The notes beneath the pieces are model-generated. The model worked only from the letters and a program-made list of their open reading frames with translations. It searched no databases and had not been told where the DNA came from. DNA of 64,000 bases from the NCBI GenBank assembly GCA_001787005.1, contig MFUV01000005.1:2764-66763 (forward strand), in the 5' to 3' direction. The position numbers were made by a program, and so were the translations under genes. Positions 8,812-18,710 of the stretch are shown here, in pieces. How positions within the stretch are numbered: position 1 is the stretch's first letter; each line of letters begins with the position of its first letter. The DNA comes from Candidatus Nomurabacteria bacterium RIFCSPLOWO2_01_FULL_39_18. GTDB lineage: Bacteria; Patescibacteriota; Minisyncoccia; Phycocordibacterales; UBA9973.

Positions 8812-10845
8812 TGCTATATTTCAGATGTGACAACAGAAGCTCAACATCTAGGAGGATTAAATAACGAACAAAAAGAAGCGGCGCTTCATATGAAGGGTCC
8901 TATGCTCATTATCGCGGGCGCGGGCGCGGGAAAGACTAAAACAATAACACACCGAATTGTGAATTTGATAAAGGAGGGTATCGTCCCAGATAAAATCCTG
9001 GCTGTAACATTCACCAACAAAGCGGCTAAAGAAATGCGAGAGAGGATTATCGCAGAAATTGAGAAAAATGCGGGAGAACAAGACTCCGTACCGTTTGTCA
9101 GCACTTTCCACTCATTGGGAGTTTTTATTATAAAAGAAAATGCCAGGGTTCTGGGACTAACAAAATATTTCACCATTTTGGACGAGTCAGATTCTACGAT
9201 ATTGATCAAAGAATCATTAAAAGAATTGGGGATAGATCCAAAACAGCATGACCCGAAAAAAATAAAAAACATTATCAGCCGAGAGAAGGGGAAGTTCGTG
9301 CATTTGCCTATGTTTACAGAAGAAAGAACGGATTATGTGGGCAAAATTGTGGCGCAAGTTTGGAATTTGTATGAAAAGAAAAAGGAAAAAGAAAATTCGC
9401 TGGACTTTGATGATCTGCTTTTGAAAGCAACGAAATTATTGCAAGAACGGGAAGAAATTAGGCAAATTTATCAAGAAAAATGGGAATATATTCACATCGA
9501 TGAGTATCAGGACACAAATGAAGTGCAATATTTAATGTCAAAATTGCTTTCTGAAAAGCATAAAAACATAGCTGTGGTAGGGGATGCCGATCAGAATATA
9601 TATTCTTGGCGCGGAGCAAATTTAAAAAATATTTTGAGTTTTGAAAAAGATTACCCTGACGCAAAGATAGTCTTGCTGGAGCAGAATTATAGATCAACAA
9701 AAAACATCTTGGAAGCCGCGAACGTAATAATTAAAAAAAATAAATACCGCCCAGATAAAAATTTATTTACGAAAAACGCCATGGGTGAAAAAATTGGTTT
9801 TTATGAAGCGCTTGATGAGACCGATGAAGCGGACTTTGTGGCAACAAAGATTTTGGAAATTTTGGACAGGGCTGGTGTTGCTTTTGAGAATGGTCTGGCT
9901 GGGGGAGGGACCCAGGAATCCGAGGACCTGAGCAAAAGCAACACCAGCCCTGTCCTCTCCAACATAGCAATTCTCTATCGCGCAAATTTTCAATCTAGGG
10001 CGCTGGAAGAAGCAATGCTAAGATACAACATTCCATATCAAGTTTTAGGTGTTAAATTTTTCGAAAGAAAAGAAATCAAAGATACTTTGGCATATCTGCG
10101 CGCGGCATTAAACAGAGACAGTCTTTCGGATATAAAAAGAATTATCAATTTCCCTGCGCGAGGCATAGGGAAAGTAACTTTGGTGAAAATTTTCGCGGAT
10201 GATATAGAGAACCTGCCAGTAAAAATGAAAATAAAAATTATTAATTTTTATGAAATATTGGAGGAGATAAAAGAAAAAATAAAAAGTGAAAAGGCAAGCC
10301 AGGTGATAAAATTCGTAGTGAAAAAGTCTGGCATTGAAAACGAATTATCGAGTGGCACCGAGGAAGACATGGAAAGACTTGAAAACATAAAAGAGCTTGT
10401 AACATTGGCCCTCAAATATGACAATCTGGCGCCAGGGCTAGGCATAGAAAAGCTTTTAGAAGATGCGTCGCTTGCTTCTGATCAGGATTCTTTGATTGAA
10501 AGAGGAGAGAAGAAAGAAGTAAAAAATTCAGTAAAATTAATGACAGTTCATGCATCAAAGGGGCTTGAATTCAAATATGTTTTCATCACTGGGCTAGAAG
10601 ATGGACTCTTCCCACACGAGAAACAAAATGAAGAAACTAGTATTGATAGCGAAGAGGAGCGCAGACTTTTCTATGTAGCGGTTACCCGGGCTCGGAATAA
10701 ATTGTTTTTGTCATTTGCAAATTTTCGCACTATCTTTGGTTCACGCTCCATTAATACTCCATCAGAATTTATTTCCGATATCCCAGCTGATTTATTAGAA
10801 AAAGAAGAAGAGAAAAATTTATTGAAAACAATTTATTTAGACTAG
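8791..10845 (+). CDS. pcrA: ATP-dependent DNA helicase PcrA/UvrD (SF1)
   Basis: Walker A IIAGAGAGKTKTITHRI, DEYQDTN, QNYRST, VKLMTVHASKGLEFKYVF, LFYVAVTRAR. The true start is probably the GTG at 8827 (MTTEAQHLGGLNNEQKEA..), just after the REP-like hairpin. The gene carries an 88-nt palindromic insert at 9866-9953. Confidence 0.9.
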   Translation: MPSLTTGCYISDVTTEAQHLGGLNNEQKEAALHMKGPMLIIAGAGAGKTKTITHRIVNLIKEGIVPDKILAVTFTNKAAKEMRERIIAEIEKNAGEQDSVPFVSTFHSLGVFIIKENARVLGLTKYFTILDESDSTILIKESLKELGIDPKQHDPKKIKNIISREKGKFVHLPMFTEERTDYVGKIVAQVWNLYEKKKEKENSLDFDDLLLKATKLLQEREEIRQIYQEKWEYIHIDEYQDTNEVQYLMSKLLSEKHKNIAVVGDADQNIYSWRGANLKNILSFEKDYPDAKIVLLEQNYRSTKNILEAANVIIKKNKYRPDKNLFTKNAMGEKIGFYEALDETDEADFVATKILEILDRAGVAFENGLAGGGTQESEDLSKSNTSPVLSNIAILYRANFQSRALEEAMLRYNIPYQVLGVKFFERKEIKDTLAYLRAALNRDSLSDIKRIINFPARGIGKVTLVKIFADDIENLPVKMKIKIINFYEILEEIKEKIKSEKASQVIKFVVKKSGIENELSSGTEEDMERLENIKELVTLALKYDNLAPGLGIEKLLEDASLASDQDSLIERGEKKEVKNSVKLMTVHASKGLEFKYVFITGLEDGLFPHEKQNEETSIDSEEERRLFYVAVTRARNKLFLSFANFRTIFGSRSINTPSEFISDIPADLLEKEEEKNLLKTIYLD
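9866..9953. repeat. Intragenic palindromic element inside pcrA, with 23-bp perfect terminal inverted repeats around a 37-nt GC-rich core
   Basis: ggacagggctggtgttgcttttg ... caaaagcaacaccagccctgtcc flank the core ggtctggctgggggagggacccaggaatccgaggacc. That core is the exact reverse complement of 11225-11261 in rsmA. It is translated in frame as ..AGVAFENGLAGGGTQESEDLSKSNTSPVLS.. Confidence 0.65.
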
Positions 10846-10882
10846 TTGAAAGTTATAAAGTTCATAAAGTTATAAAGTAAAA

Positions 10883-11851
10883 ATGCAAAAAGAAAGAAAA
10901 TACAAAGCAAAAAAGTCGTTAGGGCAAAATTTTTTAAAATCAGAACTGGCTTTAAAAAAAATTATTGAAGCAGGGGAGATAAAAAGGGGTGACATAATTT
11001 TAGAAATAGGACCAGGCAGAGGAGCATTGACCGAAAAACTTCTAGAAAAAGTTTACCTTGCTGGGGCGGGGCAGGGGTTGGTCATCGCAGTTGAAAAAGA
11101 CCGCGAGCTTTTTGAATTTTTAAAAACAAAATTTAAAAAAGAAATAGAGCAACGCTCTCTTGTACTAGTATATGGAGACATATTAAAATTTGATGCAAAA
11201 AAAACTGTTTTGAAGTTTTTTTCAGGTCCTCGGATTCCTGGGTCCCTCCCCCAGCCAGACCATTCAAAAAACTCAAAATCGTCTGATTTTAAAATAATTG
11301 CCAACATCCCCTACAACATCACTGGAGCGATTTTGAAAAAATTTTTAGGAGGGTTAAACCAACCGACAGACATGGTATTGATGGTTCAGCAAGAAGTCGC
11401 GAGGAGGATAATGGCCCGAGATAGTAAAGAAAGTATTCTTTCGATTTCTGTGAAGGCTTATGGTGAACCAAAAATTGTTATGAAGGTGCCAGCGCGATAT
11501 TTCAGGCCTGTGCCGAAAGTAGATTCAGCGATAATCATTATAAAAAATATTTCTCGCAAAATTTTTTCAGTATTACCCCCTCCGCCCAGAAAGTCTAATT
11601 GGGCACCTCCCCCTTATCAAGGGGGAGGTAGTAAAGAAGTTCAAGGTAAAACCTTGAACAGCCATGAATTTGAAGAGAAATTCTGGGAAATAGTGAAAGC
11701 GGGCTTTGCCCATAAGAGAAAAAAGCTCTCCAGTAATTTAAAAAATCTAAAAGACGGAAGCAAGGCTTCCGTCTCGAGCCTGGGAGATAGGAGAGCGGAA
11801 GATTTAACACTAGAAGACTGGATTGCGTTGTGTAAAAAGTGTTATAATTAA
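10883..11851 (+). CDS. rsmA: 16S rRNA (adenine1518/1519-N6)-dimethyltransferase RsmA/KsgA
   Basis: SLGQNFL, ILEIGPGRGALTEKLL, ANIPYNITGAIL. At 322 aa it is longer than typical RsmA because of two GC-rich in-frame inserts (11221-11268 and 11598-11634). Confidence 0.9.
   Translation: MQKERKYKAKKSLGQNFLKSELALKKIIEAGEIKRGDIILEIGPGRGALTEKLLEKVYLAGAGQGLVIAVEKDRELFEFLKTKFKKEIEQRSLVLVYGDILKFDAKKTVLKFFSGPRIPGSLPQPDHSKNSKSSDFKIIANIPYNITGAILKKFLGGLNQPTDMVLMVQQEVARRIMARDSKESILSISVKAYGEPKIVMKVPARYFRPVPKVDSAIIIIKNISRKIFSVLPPPPRKSNWAPPPYQGGGSKEVQGKTLNSHEFEEKFWEIVKAGFAHKRKKLSSNLKNLKDGSKASVSSLGDRRAEDLTLEDWIALCKKCYN
11221..11268. repeat. Intragenic GC-rich element in rsmA (tcaggtcctcggattcctgggtccctcccccagccagaccattc), inverted copy of the pcrA element core
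   Basis: 37 nt identical, and about 48 nt near-identical, to the reverse complement of 9891-9927. Flanked by an A/T-rich imperfect inverted repeat. Encodes FFSGPRIPGSLPQPDHSK in RsmA. Confidence 0.65.
11598..11634. repeat. GC-rich hairpin element cctccccc-ttatcaa-gggggagg inside rsmA
   Basis: 8-bp G/C stem with loop TTATCAA. The same loop and a near-identical stem (ccccctcc-ttatcaa-ggaggggg) occur at 19463-19485 inside another gene. Translated as PPPYQGGGS. Confidence 0.55.
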
Positions 11852-12004
11852 ACCATAATTAAATCAGATTGGTTAAAATACAAAAAAAGGATTCTTTTAA
11901 TCGTTTTTGCGGTTGTTTTTATTGTTGTACTTTTTTTTCTGAAAACAACCTCTGTATTCAAAAATGAAGAAAAACAAGAAAATCTAGCAGAACAACAAGA
12001 GGGG

Positions 12005-12799
12005 TTGGTTTATAATACTGAAACGCTCGGAGATATAATAAATAAAGACACCGATGGAGACGGAATACTGGACTGGGAAGAGAGTTTGTGGGGAACCAGC
12101 CCGATGGAGAGGGAAACTACTCCCGGAATATTAGATAGTGTGGCAATAGAAGAACTAAAGGCGCAAAAAGCAGAGGAAGCAGAATTGAACGGGGAATTAG
12201 AAAGTCTAGACACAGAAAATTTGACTCAAACAGACAGATTCTCAAGAGAACTTTTCTCTACAATCAGCGCACTCTCTCAAAATGGGTCTGTGGATCAGGT
12301 GGTTATTGACGAATTGAGCACTTCTCTGGCCGAACAAATAAAGAACTCCCCAGTTCAAAAGATATTTCTATTGTCTGATCTAAAAATCATACAAGATGAT
12401 AATTTCCAGAGTATAAAAAATTACGACGATACTCTAAATATTATTCACCAAAAACACCCCGCGGAACGAACTGTAATGGATGTATTGCAAGATTTCGCAG
12501 CTGATGAAGAAAATGTTGATACTGCTGTCCTGTCGGAACTTGACCCTATAAATGCACAGGTACGAGGGATAATAGGAGACATGGTTGAAATGAATGTCCC
12601 GCAATCCCTGGCAGTTTTGCATTTGGATATCGTGAATGGGCTCCAAAGACTATCCGAAAATATAGATAATATAAAATTTTTCGACACCGATGTCATTGTT
12701 GCGCTTGGCGCCATAAGTCAATATGAAGCAAACACCGATCTATTAGCAGAAGCAACCATAAACCTCACGGACGCCATTAATCAAAAATTGAGTAATTAA
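12005..12799 (+). CDS. Hypothetical membrane-anchored protein with a DTDGDGILDWEE calcium-binding-like motif; the N-terminus probably extends to a TTG at 11868 across a homopolymer frameshift
   Basis: ORF from the track. The reading frame stays open upstream to 11876 and there encodes a classic signal-anchor (KKRILLIVFAVVFIVVLFFL). It joins the TTG at 11868 only if the A7 run at 11882-11888 is really A8. Confidence 0.55.
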   Translation: MVYNTETLGDIINKDTDGDGILDWEESLWGTSPMERETTPGILDSVAIEELKAQKAEEAELNGELESLDTENLTQTDRFSRELFSTISALSQNGSVDQVVIDELSTSLAEQIKNSPVQKIFLLSDLKIIQDDNFQSIKNYDDTLNIIHQKHPAERTVMDVLQDFAADEENVDTAVLSELDPINAQVRGIIGDMVEMNVPQSLAVLHLDIVNGLQRLSENIDNIKFFDTDVIVALGAISQYEANTDLLAEATINLTDAINQKLSN

Positions 12800-12814
12800 A
12801 TAAAAAACGATATA

Positions 12815-12854
12815 ACCCGGTAGTAGATCTTTGGTAAAAGTCTCACTACCGGGT
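12815..12854. repeat. REP-like hairpin element, copy 2 (acccggtagtagatctttggtaaaagtctcactaccgggt)
   Basis: Same termini as copies 1 and 3. It directly abuts a TATAAT and the start of the 12869 gene. Confidence 0.5.
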
Positions 12855-12868
12855 ATAATATAAGGAAA

Positions 12869-15490
12869 ATGACAGAAAAAAATAGTAGAATGGTAAAATT
12901 TATTTCCTCGCTTTTAATTATCGCAACAATAGCACCGAGTATTTTACTGTCCAAACCGAAACAAGCGGAAGCCTTCGGCGCTACATGGTTAACGGATATA
13001 TTTACTGGCGCAAATGTAGTCCCCGCTACGGTAAGCGCAGGGCAAGAAACTACTCAAACCGCATTGAAGCTTAAAGATGTCGCCAAAGAAATTTTGAAGC
13101 AAATTGTCATGACCATTCAGAGAAGACTTCTGGCGGAGATGACTAAAGGCATGGTGAACTGGATAAATAGAGGCTTCCATGGATCACCGCTTTTCCTGGA
13201 AAATCCAAAATCTTTCTTCCAGGATATTGCGAAATATGAAGTTAAAACTTTAATAGACACCTTCGGCTACGATAGCCGGAGATTTCCTTTTGGCAGAGAC
13301 TTTGCTTTAAATACAATCAATAGTTATAAAAGGCAACTGGGAGATAATGCTGAATATACTTTAAGCAGGGTGATTAACGATCCTGCTTTATTAAATAATT
13401 ATAGAAACGACTTCGACTTCGGAGGCTGGAATGGATTTTTAATAAACACACAATACCAGCAAAATAATTATATCGGGTTTCAACTACTAGCGACAGAAGA
13501 ATTAGCTGGGAGATTACAAGGCACAGTTGAAAATAATGCGCAGAAAGTACAGACTACTCTTGATCAAGGGATGGGTTTCTTGTCTCCGCAAACTTGCGCG
13601 GATAATGGCGGGAATAATGAATACAATAAAATTGTCGCAAATCAGTTTAAGCGACCAAGCTTTAAACCTGTAACAAAATTCGACCCGACTCCCATGCTAT
13701 TAGAATGTGTGGATGGTGGTCCAAACCCACCACCATATTGTGAGGCTGCATTTCAAGGATATCAAGCCGAAGTGCAACTGTACCAGGAAAGACTAGCAAA
13801 AGAAAGAGCTGCCTGGGCAACAAAAAACACTTGTAAAAACTTAGTGGCAACTACTCCTGGTTCTGTAGTAGCGAATCAAATAACGAACGCCATGGGGTCA
13901 AATTTCAGGCAGACCGAACTTGGAGCGGCTTTGGGCAACAGCATGTCTGCTATTTTTGACGCTTTACTTAACCAGTTCTTGAGTAAGGGTTTGAATGCCT
14001 TGGCAACCACAAAAAATCCTCCAAAACCACCACCGGACGATTGGTCTTATGGCGGTCTGACCCTAGGCAGTCCGACAGATGAAACTAACGAGGAATGGGA
14101 TTCCGGACCGGATGAAGTTGTCATTTTGGATGATTTCGGGAAACAATTAGTTGGAGAAATAGTTCCAGGTAATTCTGCTAGCTCAATTTGTATTATGCAA
14201 ACTGGATTGGCGCTACCGGGTTTCACGCAAGCGGCTTGTATAGCAGCAGGCGGAATATGGGTACCTGCTAATTCGGTATACGTACCCGGCGATATAGCAA
14301 ATACGCAAAAAGAATTGGCATTGATGGATAATCTGGATCCAAATAATCCTTATGTCAACGCATCTGGCGCATTTCCTCCAGGATGTACATCAAATCTAGG
14401 ATTCAACGCAACGACTGGCCTGCCATGCAATAGCGGAATAACGCAAATAATAAGCGGCACTTGGCCCAAGATCAGAGAACTCGACATGTGTCTGCCAGGT
14501 CCAGACTTTGGTTGGAAAGACAGGTTGCTGGATGAAATGGTGAGAAACAGCAAAAAACTTCAGGAAAGAGCAAGTGACAGTGACGGGCAAAAAGCTGCGG
14601 AGGCCGACCTAGTTCTTAAGGAATTAAAATTTGCCGTAAATTCTTTCAGGGATTGGATAAATAATAAAATGATAACGGAACTCCCAAATTCTATAATTTA
14701 TATGGACGCGGTAGATGAAATTGAAGACTTATATCAGCAATCAGAGGAACTCACCGACAGAAAAAGGGGAAAGACCCAGGCTTTGATACGACTTCAGGTA
14801 ATAAAAACACAATTGCTTGAATTGAAAAATCTCCTAGCTTCGCAAAATCCACCCCTCATCCAACCAGCCGCGGGATCAGCCGAAGAAAAAACTTTAATTG
14901 CGCTAAAAAAACAATACAACGCCATTCGGACTTCAATCTCGAGCCCTGTTAGCGTGGATGAAATAAAAAATGAATTATTTTTCTCGGTAGATAAATTGGC
15001 CAGACTAAATTCATTGATTACACAATGCAAGACTGAAAAATCGGCTAAACCCGCCATCTCAGAACAAAATGTATTTTGTGAGGCACCGATTAAGGGTGGT
15101 TATTCCCATGGAACATTCATTGGTCCTGACACTACAACTCCTAAATTGCCAATGGTAAATGCAAAAAAGGTGTATACGTGGAGAAGCTGGCTGGGACTGA
15201 AGGGTAATCAGGTCAACATAGATCTGAAATGTGACATTATCTACAAAGCCACTTTGGTAGATTACAAAAAGGATTTGCCAGGTTTAAATAGTGGTCTCAC
15301 GGATCCATTACCAAGTACGGGTGGTACCACACAATTTGGTTCTTGCACTTATGAAGAAACAGGTATGACACAGGATGAATGTACCGCTAGCGGAGGATCA
15401 TGGAATATCTCAACCGATATTTGTACTCGCACGGACCAAAATGTAACAGAAGAAAACTGCACCGCAAATGGAGGAACGTGGGAACAATAA
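12869..15490 (+). CDS. Large secreted Cys-rich protein (signal peptide), hypothetical; T4SS-cluster associated
   Basis: 873 aa. N-terminal signal peptide MVKFISSLLIIATIAPSILLSKPKQAEA. Many paired cysteines. C-terminal CTASGGSW / CTANGGTW repeats. Confidence 0.6.
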   Translation: MTEKNSRMVKFISSLLIIATIAPSILLSKPKQAEAFGATWLTDIFTGANVVPATVSAGQETTQTALKLKDVAKEILKQIVMTIQRRLLAEMTKGMVNWINRGFHGSPLFLENPKSFFQDIAKYEVKTLIDTFGYDSRRFPFGRDFALNTINSYKRQLGDNAEYTLSRVINDPALLNNYRNDFDFGGWNGFLINTQYQQNNYIGFQLLATEELAGRLQGTVENNAQKVQTTLDQGMGFLSPQTCADNGGNNEYNKIVANQFKRPSFKPVTKFDPTPMLLECVDGGPNPPPYCEAAFQGYQAEVQLYQERLAKERAAWATKNTCKNLVATTPGSVVANQITNAMGSNFRQTELGAALGNSMSAIFDALLNQFLSKGLNALATTKNPPKPPPDDWSYGGLTLGSPTDETNEEWDSGPDEVVILDDFGKQLVGEIVPGNSASSICIMQTGLALPGFTQAACIAAGGIWVPANSVYVPGDIANTQKELALMDNLDPNNPYVNASGAFPPGCTSNLGFNATTGLPCNSGITQIISGTWPKIRELDMCLPGPDFGWKDRLLDEMVRNSKKLQERASDSDGQKAAEADLVLKELKFAVNSFRDWINNKMITELPNSIIYMDAVDEIEDLYQQSEELTDRKRGKTQALIRLQVIKTQLLELKNLLASQNPPLIQPAAGSAEEKTLIALKKQYNAIRTSISSPVSVDEIKNELFFSVDKLARLNSLITQCKTEKSAKPAISEQNVFCEAPIKGGYSHGTFIGPDTTTPKLPMVNAKKVYTWRSWLGLKGNQVNIDLKCDIIYKATLVDYKKDLPGLNSGLTDPLPSTGGTTQFGSCTYEETGMTQDECTASGGSWNISTDICTRTDQNVTEENCTANGGTWEQ

Positions 15491-15556
15491 GAAAGTTTTA
15501 AAGTGAAAAGTTATAAAGTTTGTAAAGTAAATGAACATAAAGTAGTGAAAAAAATT

Positions 15557-15949
15557 ATGACTAAAAAAGAAATAAAAAATGCTGTAAAATATTGGAAGGA
15601 AACATCTAAAAGAGATTATGGCACCATGCTTGGGCTTTTTAAGATTAAACGCTACCCAGAAAGCCTGTTCTTTGGGCATATTGTTTTGGAAAAAACTCTT
15701 AAAGGTCTAGTTGTTCAAGAAACAGGGGAACAAGCGCCTTATATACATGATTTGCTTCGATTGGCAAAATTAGCAGAAATCAATTTAAATAAAGAGGAGT
15801 TTAACTTATTAAAAATTGTTAGTACTTTCAACATTCGAGCTAGATACCCTGAGCAAAAGTTGAAACTATATAAAATATGCACAGAAAAATATACAAAAGA
15901 TAAATTGGATAAAATTATCACATTATATAAATTATTATGTCAAAATTAG
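15557..15949 (+). CDS. HEPN-like (nucleotidyltransferase substrate-binding-like) protein, partner of the downstream MNT
   Basis: The track ORF begins at 15503, but 15503-15556 matches a leader motif shared with the rsmA upstream region. An in-frame ATG at 15557 (MTKKEIKNAVKYWKE..) is the more likely start. The gene overlaps the next ORF by 13 nt. The canonical HEPN Rx4-6H motif is not obvious. Confidence 0.45.
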   Translation: MTKKEIKNAVKYWKETSKRDYGTMLGLFKIKRYPESLFFGHIVLEKTLKGLVVQETGEQAPYIHDLLRLAKLAEINLNKEEFNLLKIVSTFNIRARYPEQKLKLYKICTEKYTKDKLDKIITLYKLLCQN

Positions 15950-16251
15950 AAGCAAAGAAAATAATTAGAAACTATGTAAGAAAACTAAGATCTGAAAAAT
16001 ACCCTGTTTCGGCGGCTTATTTGTTCGGCTCCTATGCAAAAAATACCCAGCGCAAGTGGAGTGATATTGATGTGGCAATAATTTCTCCAAAATTTAAAAT
16101 TCGTTTTGGGAAAAGTTACATGAGACTTTGGGATTTTCGTGAAGAAGTGGACAGTCGCATTGAACCACATGGCTTCACAAAGACAGATTTTAAAAATTTG
16201 GCTGATCCTTTAGTTTATGAAATTAGAAAGACTGGGATAAGAGTGATTTAA
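15937..16251 (+). CDS. Minimal nucleotidyltransferase (MNT) domain protein
   Basis: LFGSYAKNTQRKWSDIDVAI carries the GS...DxD nucleotidyltransferase signature. 104 aa. Confidence 0.75.
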   Translation: MSKLEAKKIIRNYVRKLRSEKYPVSAAYLFGSYAKNTQRKWSDIDVAIISPKFKIRFGKSYMRLWDFREEVDSRIEPHGFTKTDFKNLADPLVYEIRKTGIRVI

Positions 16252-16260
16252 TGTAAATAA

Positions 16261-18645
16261 ATGAAAACGAAGGTTAAAAAAATAATCCCGTACTGCCTGA
16301 TACTCATCATCCTGATCGGACTTCTAAGCCCGATGATTGGCGTTAGAGATGCACGGGCACAGGAACCAGTAGCCCCGATAGGAAAATGCCTTTATGGTGA
16401 TGATGTTAACGGCTACAAATCAATAAATATAACAGAAAACGCTTGTAAAAAAACCCCTTACTTTGGGACTTGGGACCCCACACCCACACCAAATCCCACT
16501 GAAAAACCAAAAACAGATGACCAAACGCCATTCGACAAAGAATTACAAGAATATCAATGCGGATTCGCCGGGATTGGGGGTACTTTCTGGCCTGGATGTG
16601 TCTTATGGGTTGTTTACGGCCTCTTTTATGCTATCCCCACGTTTTTATTTGCAGTAAGCGCCTATTTTTTCAACGTTCTGGTATCCATAACACTAAGTGG
16701 TGGATTGGTGGGCGATTCTCCTTTTGTTTCTGCGGCCTGGGCAGTAGTTCGAGACCTTTCTAACATCTTCTTCATTCTTATTCTGCTCTACATCGCAATA
16801 AAAACAATCTTGGGGATGGGGGGTTCTGAAGTTAAAAAAATGATAGCCCACGTTGTGCTGACAGCGCTACTTATAAATTTCAGCATGTTCTTTACCAAGA
16901 TTATTATTGATACTACGAACATCTTGGCTCTGGTTTTCTATAATAAAGTAAATGTTGAAACGAGGGTAGATGGACAACCGAGACCCTACAAAAGCGCGAC
17001 GGGGGAAAAAGATATTTCTGGTGGTTTATATAAGGCTTTTGATCCTACAAAATTAGTATCAGCGGATTTCTTTAAGCAGGCTAGAGAAATAGATCCGTCA
17101 ACAGAAGGTAAAGTACCACCAAGTATATTGATCTCAATGCTTATCATAACCGGAGTAATTATGGGTTACGCGGCTTATTGTTTTTTCCAAGTTGGAGTAT
17201 TTTTCTTAAGCAGACTTATTGAACTTTGGGTTTTAATTATTTTTTCACCTTATGCTTTTATGTCTTCGTCTGTGCCAGTCTTAAGCAAGTCTGAGGGCAT
17301 AGGCTGGGACGACTGGTGGCATCGGCTCCTTCAAGTGTCTTTCTTGGCGCCGATTTTCATGTTCTTTTTATACATAATATTCAAACTAATAGAAGCTAAT
17401 CCATTCACGGGCGTTCTAAACTCGAGCGACAGCATGTTTGAAACAATATTATTCATTGTACTCCCTGCGCTGGTGATTTTGATAATCCTGAAAAAGGCAA
17501 CTGAAAAAGCCAAAAAGTTGTCGGGAGAATTGGGTACTGTGGTAATGGGAGCAGTAAAAGCATTGGCTGTGATAGGTGTCGGCGCAGCAGCAGGCGGAAC
17601 AGCTCTTTTGGCAAGAACTGCTTTTGCTAGAACTGCAGCAATAGCTTCGAGGACAGAGGGTGCGAAACATTATGGGAAAGCGAGAATCGAGCACAATAAG
17701 GCTTTAGAAAAGTGGGAAGGAGAGGAAAAAAAGGCACGTGGATCTGGTGGTGTCAAACCTACCTGGGAAAAATCTAAAGCAGATTATGAATCTAAAAGCG
17801 GGAAGAAAATTTACACAAGTAATCCACTTAAGAATCCATTCATTACTTTGGGTGGAAGAATTAATGCCGCTCAATCAAGGTCGGGTGAAATAGAACGCGC
17901 AAGACAAGGAGTAGACGAGATAAAGAAGAAAGCTGGATTAGAAGGAGTGGGAGATGCATTCATCACTGGTGCACAACAGGAGAATATAGAAAAAACATTT
18001 GTTAAAGACAAGGGATCCGATATTGAAAGGGATATTAGAAGAGGTCATGACGCTAAAGGTGAAGAAATAAAAGATGAAAATGGTGCTAGGATATTAAGTC
18101 AAGACGAGTACGAGTCAGCAAATCGTAGCAGGATAGCCGCTGGTATAGAGACAGCAGCAGCACCGGGAGATGTTGATGCAAGTGGAAAATTAACAAAGCA
18201 AGGAGACAACAAAGTCGAAAATGAATTGAGAAAAGAGTTTAATGAAAAATTAAAAGGTTTTGTGCAAGAAGTAGGGAAAATAAGATTTGCAAAACTTCAG
18301 GGAGAAGCTAAGGAAAAAATAGGAATGGCAACAAGGGTAGCATCTAGAACAACAAGCGGAACTTATGACATAAGAAACTTGTCAGGACTAAAAACAGATA
18401 AAAGAGAAGGAATCGGAGCCAAAGCAACGGTTGGTCTTATCGCCGCCGTAGCAATGGGCATGAGAATGGGATTAAAACAAGGAGCTGGAGTTGAAGTTGG
18501 TTCAGGTCAAGGAAATGCCCTTAAAGACATCGGTCAAATAGTTACGGAAGCATTAAAAAATGTAAAGTTAGATGTAAAATTAGAAGATGGGGGGGGGAAT
18601 AAAACAGCACATGGTCCAGCCCCAGGCGCGAATGCTCCAAAGTAG
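16261..18645 (+). CDS. Polytopic membrane protein, VirB6/TrbL-like, with a long hydrophilic Lys/Glu/Gly-rich C-terminal tail
   Basis: Signal peptide, about 100-aa periplasmic region, then at least six TM helices, then a roughly 370-aa low-complexity C-terminal extension. Located in the cluster with VirB4. Confidence 0.5.
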   Translation: MKTKVKKIIPYCLILIILIGLLSPMIGVRDARAQEPVAPIGKCLYGDDVNGYKSINITENACKKTPYFGTWDPTPTPNPTEKPKTDDQTPFDKELQEYQCGFAGIGGTFWPGCVLWVVYGLFYAIPTFLFAVSAYFFNVLVSITLSGGLVGDSPFVSAAWAVVRDLSNIFFILILLYIAIKTILGMGGSEVKKMIAHVVLTALLINFSMFFTKIIIDTTNILALVFYNKVNVETRVDGQPRPYKSATGEKDISGGLYKAFDPTKLVSADFFKQAREIDPSTEGKVPPSILISMLIITGVIMGYAAYCFFQVGVFFLSRLIELWVLIIFSPYAFMSSSVPVLSKSEGIGWDDWWHRLLQVSFLAPIFMFFLYIIFKLIEANPFTGVLNSSDSMFETILFIVLPALVILIILKKATEKAKKLSGELGTVVMGAVKALAVIGVGAAAGGTALLARTAFARTAAIASRTEGAKHYGKARIEHNKALEKWEGEEKKARGSGGVKPTWEKSKADYESKSGKKIYTSNPLKNPFITLGGRINAAQSRSGEIERARQGVDEIKKKAGLEGVGDAFITGAQQENIEKTFVKDKGSDIERDIRRGHDAKGEEIKDENGARILSQDEYESANRSRIAAGIETAAAPGDVDASGKLTKQGDNKVENELRKEFNEKLKGFVQEVGKIRFAKLQGEAKEKIGMATRVASRTTSGTYDIRNLSGLKTDKREGIGAKATVGLIAAVAMGMRMGLKQGAGVEVGSGQGNALKDIGQIVTEALKNVKLDVKLEDGGGNKTAHGPAPGANAPK

Positions 18646-18710
18646 TAGTGAAGTGGGAAGTTGAATAAGAGAGAAAGATAGGACATCATTAGAAAATGAA
18701 TTAAAAAAAA

